A stretch of DNA of 64,000 bases from an uncultured Chloroflexia bacterium (GCA_963774265.1 CAVZDU010000001.1:1408001-1472000), one strand, 5' to 3'; positions 20,791 to 31,962 are shown, counted from the stretch's first letter. Program-made: numbers and translations. The notes: generated from the letters alone by a model not told the origin.

Positions 20791-21969
20791 ATGACACAAG
20801 AATTTGACAGCGTATTGGTGAGACTGGCCGACGGAAGTCGGCCAGTCCGTTCGATTAATATATCCCCCCTGTCTGACCTGGCGCGCGAGCGGCTGTCCGA
20901 CTTTGAGGCGACGTGGCATGCTTTGAGCGCGTCCCGACGCCTCGAATTGATCAGAGAAATGGTCGAGCAGGCGGAAACCAACATTCATTTCAACTTTCAC
21001 GCCATCTTGCGTACGCTATTGCATGATCCCGAACCCGAAGTTCGAAAACTGGCTGTTGAAGGCCTGTGGGAAGATGAGAAGACCAATCTCATCTCGCCCT
21101 TAGCGGGTTTGTTGCTCGACGACCCGGCGGTTGAGGTGCGTGCCGCGGCTGCGATCTCTCTCGGCCGGTATATCCTGCTCGGCGTCTTGGGGGATATCAG
21201 AGAAGAGCCAGCACTGTCAGCCGAGCGGGCTTTGCTTCAGGCCTGGTCGCGCATTGGGGAGGTCCATGATGTCCGCCGGCGCGCGCTTGAGAGCCTGGCA
21301 TATGGCAGCACATCGGACCTGAATGAGATGATCCGGAACGCCTACTACGATGAGGACGCCGCTTTGCGCCAGAGCGCGGTGTTCGCGATGGGTCGCACCG
21401 CCGATGCTCGCTGGTCAAGGCTCGTGCTTGAGGAACTGCACAGCTATGAGCCAGCCATGCGCTTCGAGGCCGCCCAGGCCGCGGGGGAGATGGGCCTCAA
21501 GGCTGCGGTGCAGCCATTGATCAAGTGTGTGGACGATCCAGATGCCAATGTGCGACAGGCGTCTGTTGCCGCGCTTGGCAGAATCGGCGGCCCCGCGGTT
21601 AAGCGTGCGCTCCAGGCCCTCCGTCACCTTGAGGACGAGGCCCTGGTGCAGGCTGCGGAAGACGCCTTGGATGAACTCAACTTCGGCAGCGACACAGCGG
21701 CTGATCCCATAGGGACGGTTCCCAACACCCTGCTAGATTTTGCGATAGGTAGCTCAGTCAAGGAAGCCATCTCTGACGATCTGGATGACCTTGATGACCT
21801 CAAAGATCTCGACCACGACTGGGAATCATCTCTGGGAGATGATGTTCATGATGAAGACGATTTTGGTTTCGAGGACGGCTTGGAGGTCGGTAATGATGAT
21901 GACCTGGATTGGGATGATGCGGACGGGGACGAATATGCCGATGTTGGTGACGACGAGGATGAATTCTAG
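20791..21969 (+). CDS. HEAT-repeat protein with a highly acidic C-terminal tail
   Basis: Repeated DP.PEVR..AA.ALG motifs; D/E-rich last ~65 aa. Confidence 0.8.
   Translation: MTQEFDSVLVRLADGSRPVRSINISPLSDLARERLSDFEATWHALSASRRLELIREMVEQAETNIHFNFHAILRTLLHDPEPEVRKLAVEGLWEDEKTNLISPLAGLLLDDPAVEVRAAAAISLGRYILLGVLGDIREEPALSAERALLQAWSRIGEVHDVRRRALESLAYGSTSDLNEMIRNAYYDEDAALRQSAVFAMGRTADARWSRLVLEELHSYEPAMRFEAAQAAGEMGLKAAVQPLIKCVDDPDANVRQASVAALGRIGGPAVKRALQALRHLEDEALVQAAEDALDELNFGSDTAADPIGTVPNTLLDFAIGSSVKEAISDDLDDLDDLKDLDHDWESSLGDDVHDEDDFGFEDGLEVGNDDDLDWDDADGDEYADVGDDEDEF
21704..21724 (+). repeat. Family-A unit in frame inside the HEAT protein (DPIGTVP)
   Basis: ATCCCATAGGGACGGTTCCCA. Confidence 0.8.
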
Positions 21970-22511
21970 ATGATGAGCAGCCGGTCTCAATCCTACGATC
22001 GAAAGTCCTCTGCACCAGGCGATGGGGAACAAGACGATCGTGTCAATCGACTGGTAGAAGAAGGCGCGCGCCTGCTGTCACTGCGCCGTCCGGGAGAAGC
22101 ACTGGCACCGCTCCTTCAAGCCCAAGAACTGGACCCGAACAATGTCGGGGTCGCCATCAACATAGGCAGCGCGTATATCTTGCAGGGCAAGCACAAGCAA
22201 GCTATCCCGATACTCGAAAAGGCATCTCGGTTGGAGCCGTCCAATTCGATGGTCTGGATCAATCTGGCGGCTGCCTACCTGGGAAAGCTGCCCTTCTCGA
22301 CACTCGATATGCAGAACCAGGCCATCGAGGCGTTTGAGCAAGCGCTCGCCCTTGATGTGCGCGCGCCCACGTGAACTATAATCTGGGGTTGATTTACCTG
22401 GAACGTAAAGATGTAGAACAGGCCGCCTTGCATTTCTATGCAGCCATCGAGAATGATCCCAATGATCGCGATGCCCAGATGTGGCTCGACAAAATCCGGC
22501 ACGCTTTGTAG
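21970..22511 (+). CDS. Tetratricopeptide repeat protein; frameshift ~22367
   Basis: TPR motifs continue in the next frame (HVNYNLGLIYLERK...AIENDPND) to TAG at 22511. Confidence 0.75.
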
Positions 22512-22574
22512 GGAGGGGATGAGCGTCGCCCCTGCAGGCCCCGGCACACTGAATACCAGGACAGGCTCTGACCT

Positions 22575-22595
22575 ATCCCAAAGGGACGGTTCCCA
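22575..22595 (+). repeat. Family-A unit immediately before the GTG of the FecR-domain gene
   Basis: ATCCCAAAGGGACGGTTCCCA. Confidence 0.8.
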
Positions 22596-23840
22596 GTGAA
22601 CTGGCGTCAAAATCCTACGCGCGTTGCCTGGTTGATCTTGTTGATCAGCTTTTTTGCGTGTGTCCTGCTTGCGGTCGCGGTGCCGGTGGGAGTGCGCGCC
22701 GTGCTCTTGCACGCCAGTCGGAGCAAGTTCGCGTTTCTTCAAGCCACGCAGGGGACTGCGCAGCTGTGGGCGCCAAACTCGGGTGATGCATCCGCCGTGA
22801 TTGATCGCCGGCCTATTTCGGAAGGCAGTCGCATTGTAACAGACAATGCAACCAAGGCCGTCCTGACGCTCTCCGTCGATGAAACGGGTCAACTTGTATT
22901 AGCCACGGTCCAGCTCTCGCCGAACACGACGGTTCAGCTCGATGAGGCACGGAGTCCGCGCTTCAACGTCAGCCAGGATCCTCACCGGGCGCAGTTTGGC
23001 TTTACCGGCGGACGATTGTTCTTGACCCTGCAGCAGGCCGACCAGCGCGACGTTCAGATTCGTCTTGTGACGCCCAATGCGACTGTTGACCTGACTTCCG
23101 GCGTATTCGATGTGACGGCGGACGAAACTGAGACGCGCGTCCGTGTTCGCTCGGGTACCGCGCGCGTACAGAGCGCGGGTCGTGTCGCGGAAGTTAACGC
23201 GGGTGAACGCGTCAACGTTCTGGCGGGTCGCGCCCCGGAGTTCCCCGTCTCCGACACAGTGAACCTGATCGTCAACGGCAGCTTTGTGCAGCAACTTGCG
23301 CCGCTCTGGCAGGAATTTGCCGAAGTGAAGCCCGGCCAGCGACCGGGTGTTGTGGAACTCATCCAGGACGACCGTCCCACAGGGATGGTTCCCAACCGTA
23401 ACGCTGTCCGGTTCAGCCGGCGCACGGAGGAGGATATTCCGAACCGGGTTGGCCTGGTCCAGGCGGTCAATCGTGACGTTGAGAAGTACGATGATTTGGC
23501 ACTGCGCTTTGACCTCAAAGTGCTGTATCAGAGCGTGCCCGGCGGAGGTGAAAAGGGCACCGAGTACCCGGTGATGGCGGATCTGTTCTACACCGACATC
23601 TATGGGAAGGACCTGCACTGGTACGTAGGATTTTATAATCTGGAGTTGCCGCCGGGCAGTCCCTACCCAACACCATCCGGCGAGCGTGTTCCCCTTGGGG
23701 TCTGGTACACTTACGAGTCGCCTAACTTGTTCGAACTGCTCGAAGAGACGCGGCCCGCGCGTATCAACAGCCTGACCATCTATGCCAATGGTCACGACTA
23801 TGAGAGCCTCGTCTCCGATGTTGCGCTGACGGTCCAATAG
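22596..23840 (+). CDS. Membrane-anchored FecR-domain protein with a C-terminal beta-sandwich region
   Basis: N-terminal TM; FecR-like LVTPNATV...RVRVRSGTARV; true start may be ATG 22519. Confidence 0.65.
   Translation: MNWRQNPTRVAWLILLISFFACVLLAVAVPVGVRAVLLHASRSKFAFLQATQGTAQLWAPNSGDASAVIDRRPISEGSRIVTDNATKAVLTLSVDETGQLVLATVQLSPNTTVQLDEARSPRFNVSQDPHRAQFGFTGGRLFLTLQQADQRDVQIRLVTPNATVDLTSGVFDVTADETETRVRVRSGTARVQSAGRVAEVNAGERVNVLAGRAPEFPVSDTVNLIVNGSFVQQLAPLWQEFAEVKPGQRPGVVELIQDDRPTGMVPNRNAVRFSRRTEEDIPNRVGLVQAVNRDVEKYDDLALRFDLKVLYQSVPGGGEKGTEYPVMADLFYTDIYGKDLHWYVGFYNLELPPGSPYPTPSGERVPLGVWYTYESPNLFELLEETRPARINSLTIYANGHDYESLVSDVALTVQ
23374..23394 (+). repeat. Family-A unit in frame inside the FecR protein (RPTGMVP)
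   Basis: GTCCCACAGGGATGGTTCCCA. Confidence 0.8.
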
Positions 23841-23878
23841 CGGGTCTAGCTCGAGCGAACCCCCCGTGTGGGACAAGG

Positions 23879-25654
23879 ATGCCTTTGAGTCTCGCGTCGT
23901 CTATTCTACCTGTTGAGTCATCAGCCACGACCAATCCGGACACTGTTCGGCGCGCCCTTTCTGTCCTGCCCCTGGTTGTGGCCCTGGTCGTGTTTGCTGC
24001 CCTTGCGGCATACCACCTCGATCTGCCCGGCCTGCACTACGACGAAGCCAAAGAGGCCGGCGTCAACGCCATGCAACTCCTGACCGGCCGACCGGTGACC
24101 GCGTTCCGCGATGCAACCGTGACGATGGGGCCGTGGCGTATCCCCCTGATGGTTCAGGATTACATCGGCAACCTTAACGTGCTCATGGTCCTGCCGTTTC
24201 TCGCTGCAGGTGGCTTCACGCCGGTTGCACTGCGGGCCTTGCCCCTTGTCTTGGCCATGCTCACCCTGGTATTCGCCTGGAAGCTCGCTGCTCGTTTGGG
24301 CGGACCGCTGGCAGCCGGTGTCACAGCGTTGCTTCTTGCGGTCAATCCGTCTTTCGTCTTCTGGAGCCGTCAAGGTATTTTCGTCACTAACATTACGATT
24401 CTCTTCTTTATGGCCGCCCTTTGGTTTGGGCTCATCTGGTGGCAGGAACGCCGCGCGCTCGACCTGATCGTAGCCGCCTTTATGTGCGGCCTGGGCGTCT
24501 ACGCCAAATTGCTCTTCGTGTGGGCCCTGTTCGCGATGGTTGGGGTGGCTCTTTTCGCCCTCCTTTTGGGCGCGTGGCGGCGCCGTTTTACAGAGGCGCT
24601 CACCTCGTGGCCGACCGTTCCGCACCTCGGGGTGGTGCTCCTCGCGGCAGGGGCGTTTGTCGTTCCGCTGCTCCCGCTCATCGCGTTCAACCTGCAGACC
24701 AGCGGCACCCTGACATCCATCTTCGGCAATCTCGGCCGGTCTTATTATGGAGTGGACAACAGTGCATACGGCGCCAACCTGGGCGTCCGACTGGGACAGA
24801 TCACGACTCTGCTCCGGGGGAGTCAATTCTGGTACCTGGGGGAGACGTATGCCAATCAATGGGCGCCGTGGCTGTTGATCTCATTGGTGGTGTTGGCTCT
24901 CATAACCTGGCTCCTCACACCGCGACGTGGGCCTTTTTGGCCCCTCTTGCCCCTGGCGCTGCTAGCTCTCATCGGGTTGCAGAGCGCGTTCACAGTCAGC
25001 GACCTGTTTATCACCCATTTTGCACTGGTTGTACCTCTGATCCCATTGACGGCCGGCCTAGCTGTCAGCATCTTGTGGCCACGTGCACCCGGCCAGCCTC
25101 ATCCCACCGGACTGAAGGAAGAAGGAACAAGGAAGAAGGAAAATTGTCCTTCTTTCTTCTGTCGTCCAGCCATGATAGCGGTCGGTGTGCTGGGCGTTCT
25201 GCTAGCACTGGCTTGGGCTGGGACTGACGCCACCACGACCATTCGCTACCATCGGATACTGACTATTTCGGGCGGTTACGCAGCTCATTCCGATGCGATT
25301 TATGATCTTGCGGATTACCTGGACAAAGAGAATTTCACCTCACCCGTTGCCTTGGATTGGGGTATTGACGCGCCAGTCCAATTCCTTACGGCGGGGCGGG
25401 TCAATCCCGTCGATGTCTTCGGTTATACGCGCATCGATGCACCGGACCCAGGCTTTGCGGATCGGGTCGAACCGTATCTGGAGGATTGGCAGACGATTTA
25501 TGTAGCGCACTCTCCCGAGAACGTGGTTTTCAAGGGGCGTCTGGAAGCCATTGCCGAGTGGGCTGCTGAGCGAGGCTGGCGCTGGTTCGAGCAGATACGC
25601 TTCGGCCAGCGCAGCGGCGACCCGGTGTACATTGTTTACCGGTTTCTTGAATAG
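23879..25654 (+). CDS. GT-C (ArnT/PMT-like) membrane glycosyltransferase
   Basis: PGLHYDEA luminal-loop motif, ~12 TMs, GLGVYAK. Confidence 0.75.
   Translation: MPLSLASSILPVESSATTNPDTVRRALSVLPLVVALVVFAALAAYHLDLPGLHYDEAKEAGVNAMQLLTGRPVTAFRDATVTMGPWRIPLMVQDYIGNLNVLMVLPFLAAGGFTPVALRALPLVLAMLTLVFAWKLAARLGGPLAAGVTALLLAVNPSFVFWSRQGIFVTNITILFFMAALWFGLIWWQERRALDLIVAAFMCGLGVYAKLLFVWALFAMVGVALFALLLGAWRRRFTEALTSWPTVPHLGVVLLAAGAFVVPLLPLIAFNLQTSGTLTSIFGNLGRSYYGVDNSAYGANLGVRLGQITTLLRGSQFWYLGETYANQWAPWLLISLVVLALITWLLTPRRGPFWPLLPLALLALIGLQSAFTVSDLFITHFALVVPLIPLTAGLAVSILWPRAPGQPHPTGLKEEGTRKKENCPSFFCRPAMIAVGVLGVLLALAWAGTDATTTIRYHRILTISGGYAAHSDAIYDLADYLDKENFTSPVALDWGIDAPVQFLTAGRVNPVDVFGYTRIDAPDPGFADRVEPYLEDWQTIYVAHSPENVVFKGRLEAIAEWAAERGWRWFEQIRFGQRSGDPVYIVYRFLE
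25114..25166 (+). repeat. Purine heptamer (GAAGGAA)n with an inverted pyrimidine arm, inside a CDS
   Basis: GAAGGAA GAAGGAA CAAGGAA GAAGGAA aattgt CCTTCTTTCTTCTG; encodes LKEEGTRKKENCPSFFCR. Confidence 0.65.
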
Positions 25655-25660
25655 ATGTCG

Positions 25661-26836
25661 TCACCGACCTCGCGCAAACCAGATGATGAGCGCCGCGATC
25701 AAAACGAACATGGCTGAAGTGAGGGCAACTGCCGGCAGCCCATCCGCTGCCCACAACCTGGGACCGCTGAGCGAGCCGGCCATGCGGCCGAGTGAGGCGG
25801 CTGATACGTTAAGCGCCATGACGGTCCCGCGCACATCTGGCGCCAACTCCGAGATCAACGGAATTGACGCCACGATGCTGAATTCGAAGGTCAGAAACAT
25901 CAGCGCTACGCCGGTCAATGCCGTGCCGAGACCGCCTGCGAGACGCGGTAAAAGCAGGTAGGCTCCGACGGTTAAAATGAGCCCGGCGAAGACAGACCGT
26001 CGCTTGCCAAGTGAGTCAACGAGCGCGGCCGAGGCGAATTCCGCTGTGAGTTCAGCAACACTGATGACGAGTGACGCCAGACCCAATGCCGCCACCGCCA
26101 GGTCGAATTGTTTTTCCAGCCAGTCGCCGTACACAATGAAGACGTTCTCGTTGGCCAGCGTGATAAGCCACGTCATGGTTAGCAGAGGCAGACAGCGACG
26201 CCAGGGTACTCGCCCGAAGGTCCGCAGAAGCGCGGTACGGTCTATGGGGATGGCCGTGCGGCCGCATTGGGGGCATAGCCCCCATAATGCCGCCAGCGCC
26301 AGCACGCCGGCGCCTGCGATCAGGACAAACGGGGCGCGCCACCCTGATCGAGCGATGAGAAAACCGGCGATCGGCACGCCGAGAAACCATGAGAGCGACC
26401 AGGAGAGCTCCAGAAGGCTCATGACGCGGCCGCGTCGCTCATAAGGCACGCTGTCACCCACGTAGGCTTGCATAGCCGGGTCGAAGGCAGCCTTCGAGAA
26501 ACCCAACAAGGTGAAGGCGAGCAGGGCAACTCCCAGGCCTGGAGCCAGCGCTGTCAGCCCTGCGCCTGCGACCAACGCAAGCAGCCCGGCCAACATCAAG
26601 GGCCGCCGCCCATAGCGATCCGCCGCCAGCCCATAGATCGGACTGAGCGCACCGACGAGCGACCGGATCGTTAGCAGCAGGCTGGCGGTTTCCAAAGGTA
26701 CGCCAAGGCCGCGACTGATTGCGGGCAGAAACGGGTACACGACGCGGAATTGCAGGTTGAGCGCCACACGTGCGAGCAAAATCACAACGAGCTCGCGCGT
26801 GGGATGGCTAGGTGACTTGGCTGGGTGAGTGGCCAT
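25661..26836 (-). CDS. MFS transporter
   Basis: Motif A GLAADRYGRRP; 12 TMs. Confidence 0.88.
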   Translation of the reverse strand: MATHPAKSPSHPTRELVVILLARVALNLQFRVVYPFLPAISRGLGVPLETASLLLTIRSLVGALSPIYGLAADRYGRRPLMLAGLLALVAGAGLTALAPGLGVALLAFTLLGFSKAAFDPAMQAYVGDSVPYERRGRVMSLLELSWSLSWFLGVPIAGFLIARSGWRAPFVLIAGAGVLALAALWGLCPQCGRTAIPIDRTALLRTFGRVPWRRCLPLLTMTWLITLANENVFIVYGDWLEKQFDLAVAALGLASLVISVAELTAEFASAALVDSLGKRRSVFAGLILTVGAYLLLPRLAGGLGTALTGVALMFLTFEFSIVASIPLISELAPDVRGTVMALNVSAASLGRMAGSLSGPRLWAADGLPAVALTSAMFVLIAALIIWFARGR

Positions 26837-26958
26837 GGTCGGATAGTATAGCAGCATTGAACTTATTTGCCCTGCCCAACGTCATGTATAATGACATCCC
26901 CAGTTTGTGACCGGCGGTGCACCCGCAATGACGATAACTCGGTCCTCAGGAGGAGTTT

Positions 26959-28225
26959 GTGACCAGGCGCTTTCGCAATTCGCTGATTTTTATTACCCTT
27001 GCTTTGTTGGTCTTTGCAGGCACGCTCACGGGTTGTGCGCCTTCGGTTCAGGCCACACCCACGCCGACGAAGACGCCGCGCGTGGAGCCCACTGCCGTTC
27101 CACCCACGGTTGTGCCGACGGAACCGCCGCCGACGCCCGAGCCGACCTCGCCGCCCACAGCCGAACCGACGGCTACGGCCACTGAGCCTCCCGCGACAGA
27201 AACCCCAACGGCTGATTTCGCTCAGGCAACTGCGGTTCAGGTGTCCAATAACCTCAGCACCGTCGTGATCGCGCGCGAGGAGGGCGTTTCTATCTTCACA
27301 GGCCTTCGTCCGGCCGACCCCTCGGTGCTTAACCGCCGGCCCCTGGCAGTTAAGGTCGACAACGATCTGGCTGTAGTGCCCCAATCAGGGCTGAGCAAGG
27401 CCGATATCGTTGTGGAACACCCCAAAGAAGCATGCATGACGCGGCTTACCGCTATATACCAGAGCCAGAATGCACCGCGTATCGGCTCCATCCGAAGCGC
27501 GCGTATCATCGACAAGGAGTTGCCGGTCATTTTCGATGCGATCCTTGCTTTCTCGGGGAGTGTTGAGCCGGTGCGGCAGATGATCTATAAGTCGGACATC
27601 GGCGGCCAGGTGCTGGAGCAGGCGCGTAACGGCAGTGCGTTCTTCCGAGTATCCCAATATTCGCGTACCGTTCAACCTGTTTGCCAACACTGCAACCTTG
27701 TGGAGCGTTGCCACCCAGCGCGGTTGGAATGTGGCCCCGAAGCCTTCCGCGGCATGGGTCTTCTCCGACGGCGCCCCGTCTGGCGGCAAAGCCGCGACAA
27801 AGCTCGACATTCCGTATCCGAAGGCCTATGCGGCATTGCGGGTCGGTTGGCGCTACGATGGGAGCAGCGGGCGGTGGCTCCGCTTGCTGGGCGGTAAACC
27901 CGCCATCGAGAAGACCGATAGCACGCAACTCAGCGCAGCGAACGTGGTGGTTATCACCGCGACCACAGTCCAAACCCTCATCCCCGAGCAAGGGACAAAG
28001 CTAACGACAGGGGCATGCTCGAATGCATCGGTGGAGATCCAGCTTTGGGGTCAAGGCCCGGTCAAGATCTTGCGTGACGGCAAGGTTTACGAGGGGAAAT
28101 GGCTGCGAGCTGACCGTCATGCGCCGTTCCGCTTCGTGGACGCGCAAGGCAAGGATATTCCTCTGAAGCCTGGCAACAGCTGGTGGCAGATCGTGTCATC
28201 GGGCATGCCGGTTACAATCCAATAA
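26959..28225 (+). CDS. DUF3048-like lipoprotein; frameshift ~27650
   Basis: Lipobox LTGC, PT linker, RRPLAVKVDN, PQSGLSKADIV, GSIRSAR; C-terminal IPLKPGNSWWQIV. Confidence 0.75.
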
Positions 28226-28232
28226 GCTGAAC

Positions 28233-28390
28233 GGCCGCTGCTGGGAGGAGCTTATCTCTGAGCGAAAACTAAACTCGTTCTCACCTGAGATTAATCTGAC
28301 CATGTGATACTACAGATGCTTCGGGTGAGGGTTCGGGACAGCCTAAACCCAAAGAGAAAAGGTTCCTCCTCCACAACTACATAGGCGGTC
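28233..28390 (+). ncRNA. ssrS: Probable 6S RNA
   Basis: About 160-nt rod: GGAGGAGCTT/AAGGTTCCTCC, TCTCT/AGAGA, central A-rich bubble, TTCTCACCTGA/TCGGGTGAGGG, ATCTG/CAGAT. G-U pairs favour the + strand. TACAAT upstream and terminator downstream. Confidence 0.6.
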
Positions 28391-28392
28391 TG

Positions 28393-28432
28393 AGCACGAA
28401 TCCTCGGCGGGTGGGCCGGGGATTCGTGCTTT
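28393..28432 (+). terminator. Strong hairpin terminator between the ncRNA and the convergent SLT gene
   Basis: AGCACGAATCCTCGGC-gggtgg-GCCGGGGATTCGTGCT TT. Confidence 0.7.
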
Positions 28433-30926
28433 AACGGGGATATAACCTGCGGTAGAACTCGTAGTTTTGCCAGACTGTCTGCACGTAGACTCGAGTCTCG
28501 TTGATGTTGATCAGCCCTGCAAACAGATCATCATCATTCGGCGCCAACTTCCACCACGCATCCGCGTTTCCTGGTCCGCCGTTGTACGACGCCAGCGCGG
28601 CGAAGACGCTTCCGTCAAAGTGGCTCAACCACTGCCGGACGTAGAATGACCCGAAGGCGACATTCACGTACGGCCAGTATGCCTGGCTGTCCTGGTAGCC
28701 CGGCCATGACATCTGCCTTGCGATCCCGGACGCCGTGCCCGGCATAACCTGCATCAGCCCCTGCGCGCCCGCGGACGATGCTACGCCCGGCTCGAAACGG
28801 CTTTCCTGACGGATGATGGCTGCCAGCAGCCGTGGGTCGAGATTCTGCCGCTCCGCCTCTTGTCGAACTAGCGCCTCATACGGGAAGGGATAGGCGAGCT
28901 TCTGAAGAGCAACCGGCGTCTCACGCAGTGGCTGCGCCCGCAAGCTGATCACCCCCTCTGCGCTCAGCAACGACAACCGGTTTGCACCCGCATCGCGGAA
29001 GGCGAGTGACAGACGCGGCAAGCGTCCAAGGCTCCTTTTCGTAACGTTTACGCACACGTTCCCAGTTCTGCAGCGCTTCGGTGCGCCAGCCAATCGTGTG
29101 CAGCACGTGGCCGCGCTTCCAGTCCGCATCGGTCGTTACGCGCTGTGGTAGGGTGAGGGAGCCCTGACCGGCCCAGCCTTTGAGCCAGTTGCTGATCTCG
29201 GTCCGTTCGTCCAGCGAGCTTTTCAAGAGTAGCGTATCAGTCTTTGCCGCTTCCTCACGCACCCAGGCTTCAGGCTTGCCGTCGAGCCAAGCAGCGGCGC
29301 GGAGACCATAGAAGCTTTCGCCCAGCGCCTTCCCTGCCTCCCACCGCGTCTTGCACCCGCTGCGTCGCCAGCCGCAGCCAGCGCGCGACCCTGCCAATAG
29401 TACCCCACGGGTCGTGCGAAGGCGGCAATGTCCCTGGCTGTCGCCATCTCACCCCACACCTCGGCCACGCGCCGCCACTCGGCTCGCCGGAAGAGCGTCA
29501 TGCCTGCGGCCTGGTATCCGCGCCAGCCCTCATCGGCGCCTGGGTAGCGCCGCGCAACGTCCAGGTAGGCGTCCTGCACCTGATCGATCGCGCTGTCTGC
29601 CAACAGCAACGCGACCTGCCACAGAGCTTTCGGCGCCTGGGGCGAACTAGGTCGCTGTTTCGCCAGATCGCGATACGCGGCCACGGCCTCAGTCGTCCGC
29701 CCTGCGCGAGCCAGGGCCCGGGCCTTGGCCATCCACGCGTCTGCCCATTGGGGGCTGTTTGGCCATTTGCGGATGAACGCGTCCAGCATTTGCAGCCCTG
29801 GGTCCAGTTCTCCCAGGGCAATCTGGCTGAGGCCTGTGTAGTAGAACGCCAGCCCTTGGCGGCCATCCGGCTCGGCTGCGCGCACTCGGTCAAATGCCGC
29901 CACAGCGAGGGCATGGACGCCATTTGAGTGATTTGCCAGGCCGCGTTGGAACTCATCTACTGGCGCACCGGCGCCAAGCAGGGCCACGATGGAGGAGTGG
30001 GCGTAGCTTGACGTGTTGTCGGCATCGACCGCGGCCTGCCAGCGTTTCAACGCTTCGGCGGGATAGGTCGGCGTGATCACACCGGTCGCTTTGATCGCGT
30101 TCGCCACCTGTGCCAGCGCATTGCCCGACAGGAATTGCATTTCCGCTGCCCATGCCCCCGTCGTGGCGTTTCCGCGGAGCGCATCATATTGTGCAACAGC
30201 TTCCTTTGCGTTTCCAACCGCCTCCGCGAGGCCGGCCAGGTTCCGGCGGATGGCCACGGTGTTGGTCCAGTCCGGCGACTTGGCCAGCGCCTGGCGGTAG
30301 GCCTCGGCCGCGCCGCTCGGGTTGTATTGCGCCTGCCGCTGGGCAGCGATACGCTGCCACGTCAGGTACTGCAGCTCCGGCGTGAGGGCCAGGTGGGCCT
30401 GGTACGCGGCTTCGGCCGCCTTCCAATTCCCCAAACTGGACAGCGCTTCACCCAACAGGAAGTGGGCCGGCGCCCGATGCGCATCCTCTGATGGTGCGGT
30501 GGACAGCAGATCCTTTAGCGTGGCCATGGCCTCAGCGGCCGCGTTATCGCGCAAATAGCACTGCGCCATTCGGTATTTTGCTTCGGCGCCTGCTGTGGCT
30601 GTTGGCTGGCTTTTTATGATGGTGGCAAAAATCCGCCGCGCCTGATCGCAGTTCCCGATGAGCTGTTGGAAGCGCCCTTCTTCCAACTGAGCTGCTACGG
30701 CCTGGCCGGGTTGTTGGCTGTCTGCGCCCGGTGCAGGTGTGGTCGCGCGAGTGGCGACCGGCGTGGCGTTCGACTTGATAGTTGAAGATGCTACAGGGCC
30801 AGGTGTCGCCCCTGGTGTGCGTGTGGGGGCAGCCCCCTGATGCGCAGGGCTGGCCAGCAAGGGCGTTGAAGAAAGGGCAAGGCAGGCCAACAAGATCAGG
30901 CTTGCCAGAGTGCGTTTGGGAATCAA
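28431..30926 (-). CDS. Secreted TPR-containing soluble lytic transglycosylase (SLT); two frameshifts (~29350, ~29015)
   Basis: Signal peptide, TPR array, then RQESRF, GAQGLMQVMP, ASYNGGPG and ETRVYV SLT motifs. Confidence 0.85.
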
Positions 30927-31122
30927 GATAGACTACTCCGTTATGCCGCCACTGGCTCAACTGCCAGCGCAGGCTTCTGCTTGCCCGCACGCGGCCTCGT
31001 CGTGTTGCGTGTGGCGAAGTGCGGCACTGGCGTTGGCTTTATCACTCGCGTTCAAGCGAAACCTCATCTGGAAAGGAGGCTCCTCTATCAAGAACGCATG
31101 AGAGGCCTGGGAGGTTCCGTTC

Positions 31123-31962
31123 CTAAAGATCGCGTCGGGAAAACAGGCGCACCGCAATCGCCAGGGCTGCAACGACGTAGAGTACCGCATAACCCACCAT
31201 CAGGGGACTTGGCGTGCTGGCCGCACCGAAAGGTGTGGCATCGAGCCCCAGGTTGCTCAGGAACGGCGGCTGTAGGAGGTACGCAGCGCGCTTCCACATT
31301 GCTTCGCTCGGCATGAGAAGGCTCACCACAATGCCCGTGTTGATGGCCGCCTCGTTGCGGAGCATGGCGCCTATTTGTTCGATCCACCCGGCGATGAATG
31401 CCAGACCATAGAGCATGAACACCACAACGCCGTTGGCAAGTGCTGGCAGCCGAGTGCCGCCCAGAATTGAGAGAGTCAGCACCACCAACCCTTCAAGAAC
31501 AATCAGCAGCATGGCCGGCAAGGGGTTGGGCGGCAGGTAGCGGGTGATGGTCCATACGATGCCGATCAACGCGCCGCACATGACCACGATGAACAAACTC
31601 AACATCGCCGCGAGGCCCAGCCATTTACCCACGACCACCTCCCAGCGGCGCAGCGGCTTAGTCACCAGTGTCTGGATCGTACCAGACGTGATTTCACCTG
31701 CGATCGTGTCGACAGAAATAAGTAGCGCAAGCACTACGCCAAGGAAGGCAACGCCGTACATCCCCGCCAGGACGAAGAAGTTTACCGGCTCCAACATTCG
31801 CACAGTTGCGATATCGTTGTACCGACCCATGTCACGCCACATGAAGTAGAAGCCGACGCCGTAGACGATCAGGAAGGCGAGGCCGAGCAAGATGATGGCC
31901 CACGCCACCTTGCGCCAACGTGCCTCCATGAACGTGATGCCAGCGATCTTCAGCAGGTTCAT
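31123..31962 (-). CDS. ABC-2 type transporter permease
   Basis: IAGEITSGTIQTLVTKPLRRWEVVVGKWLG; 6 TMs. Confidence 0.85.
   Translation of the reverse strand: MNLLKIAGITFMEARWRKVAWAIILLGLAFLIVYGVGFYFMWRDMGRYNDIATVRMLEPVNFFVLAGMYGVAFLGVVLALLISVDTIAGEITSGTIQTLVTKPLRRWEVVVGKWLGLAAMLSLFIVVMCGALIGIVWTITRYLPPNPLPAMLLIVLEGLVVLTLSILGGTRLPALANGVVVFMLYGLAFIAGWIEQIGAMLRNEAAINTGIVVSLLMPSEAMWKRAAYLLQPPFLSNLGLDATPFGAASTPSPLMVGYAVLYVVAALAIAVRLFSRRDL

Noticed and set aside
26881-26896. GTCAT-N5-ATGAC inverted repeat over the -10 of the DUF3048 gene as an operator
   Set aside because: Only 5-bp arms, single occurrence, no adjacent regulator
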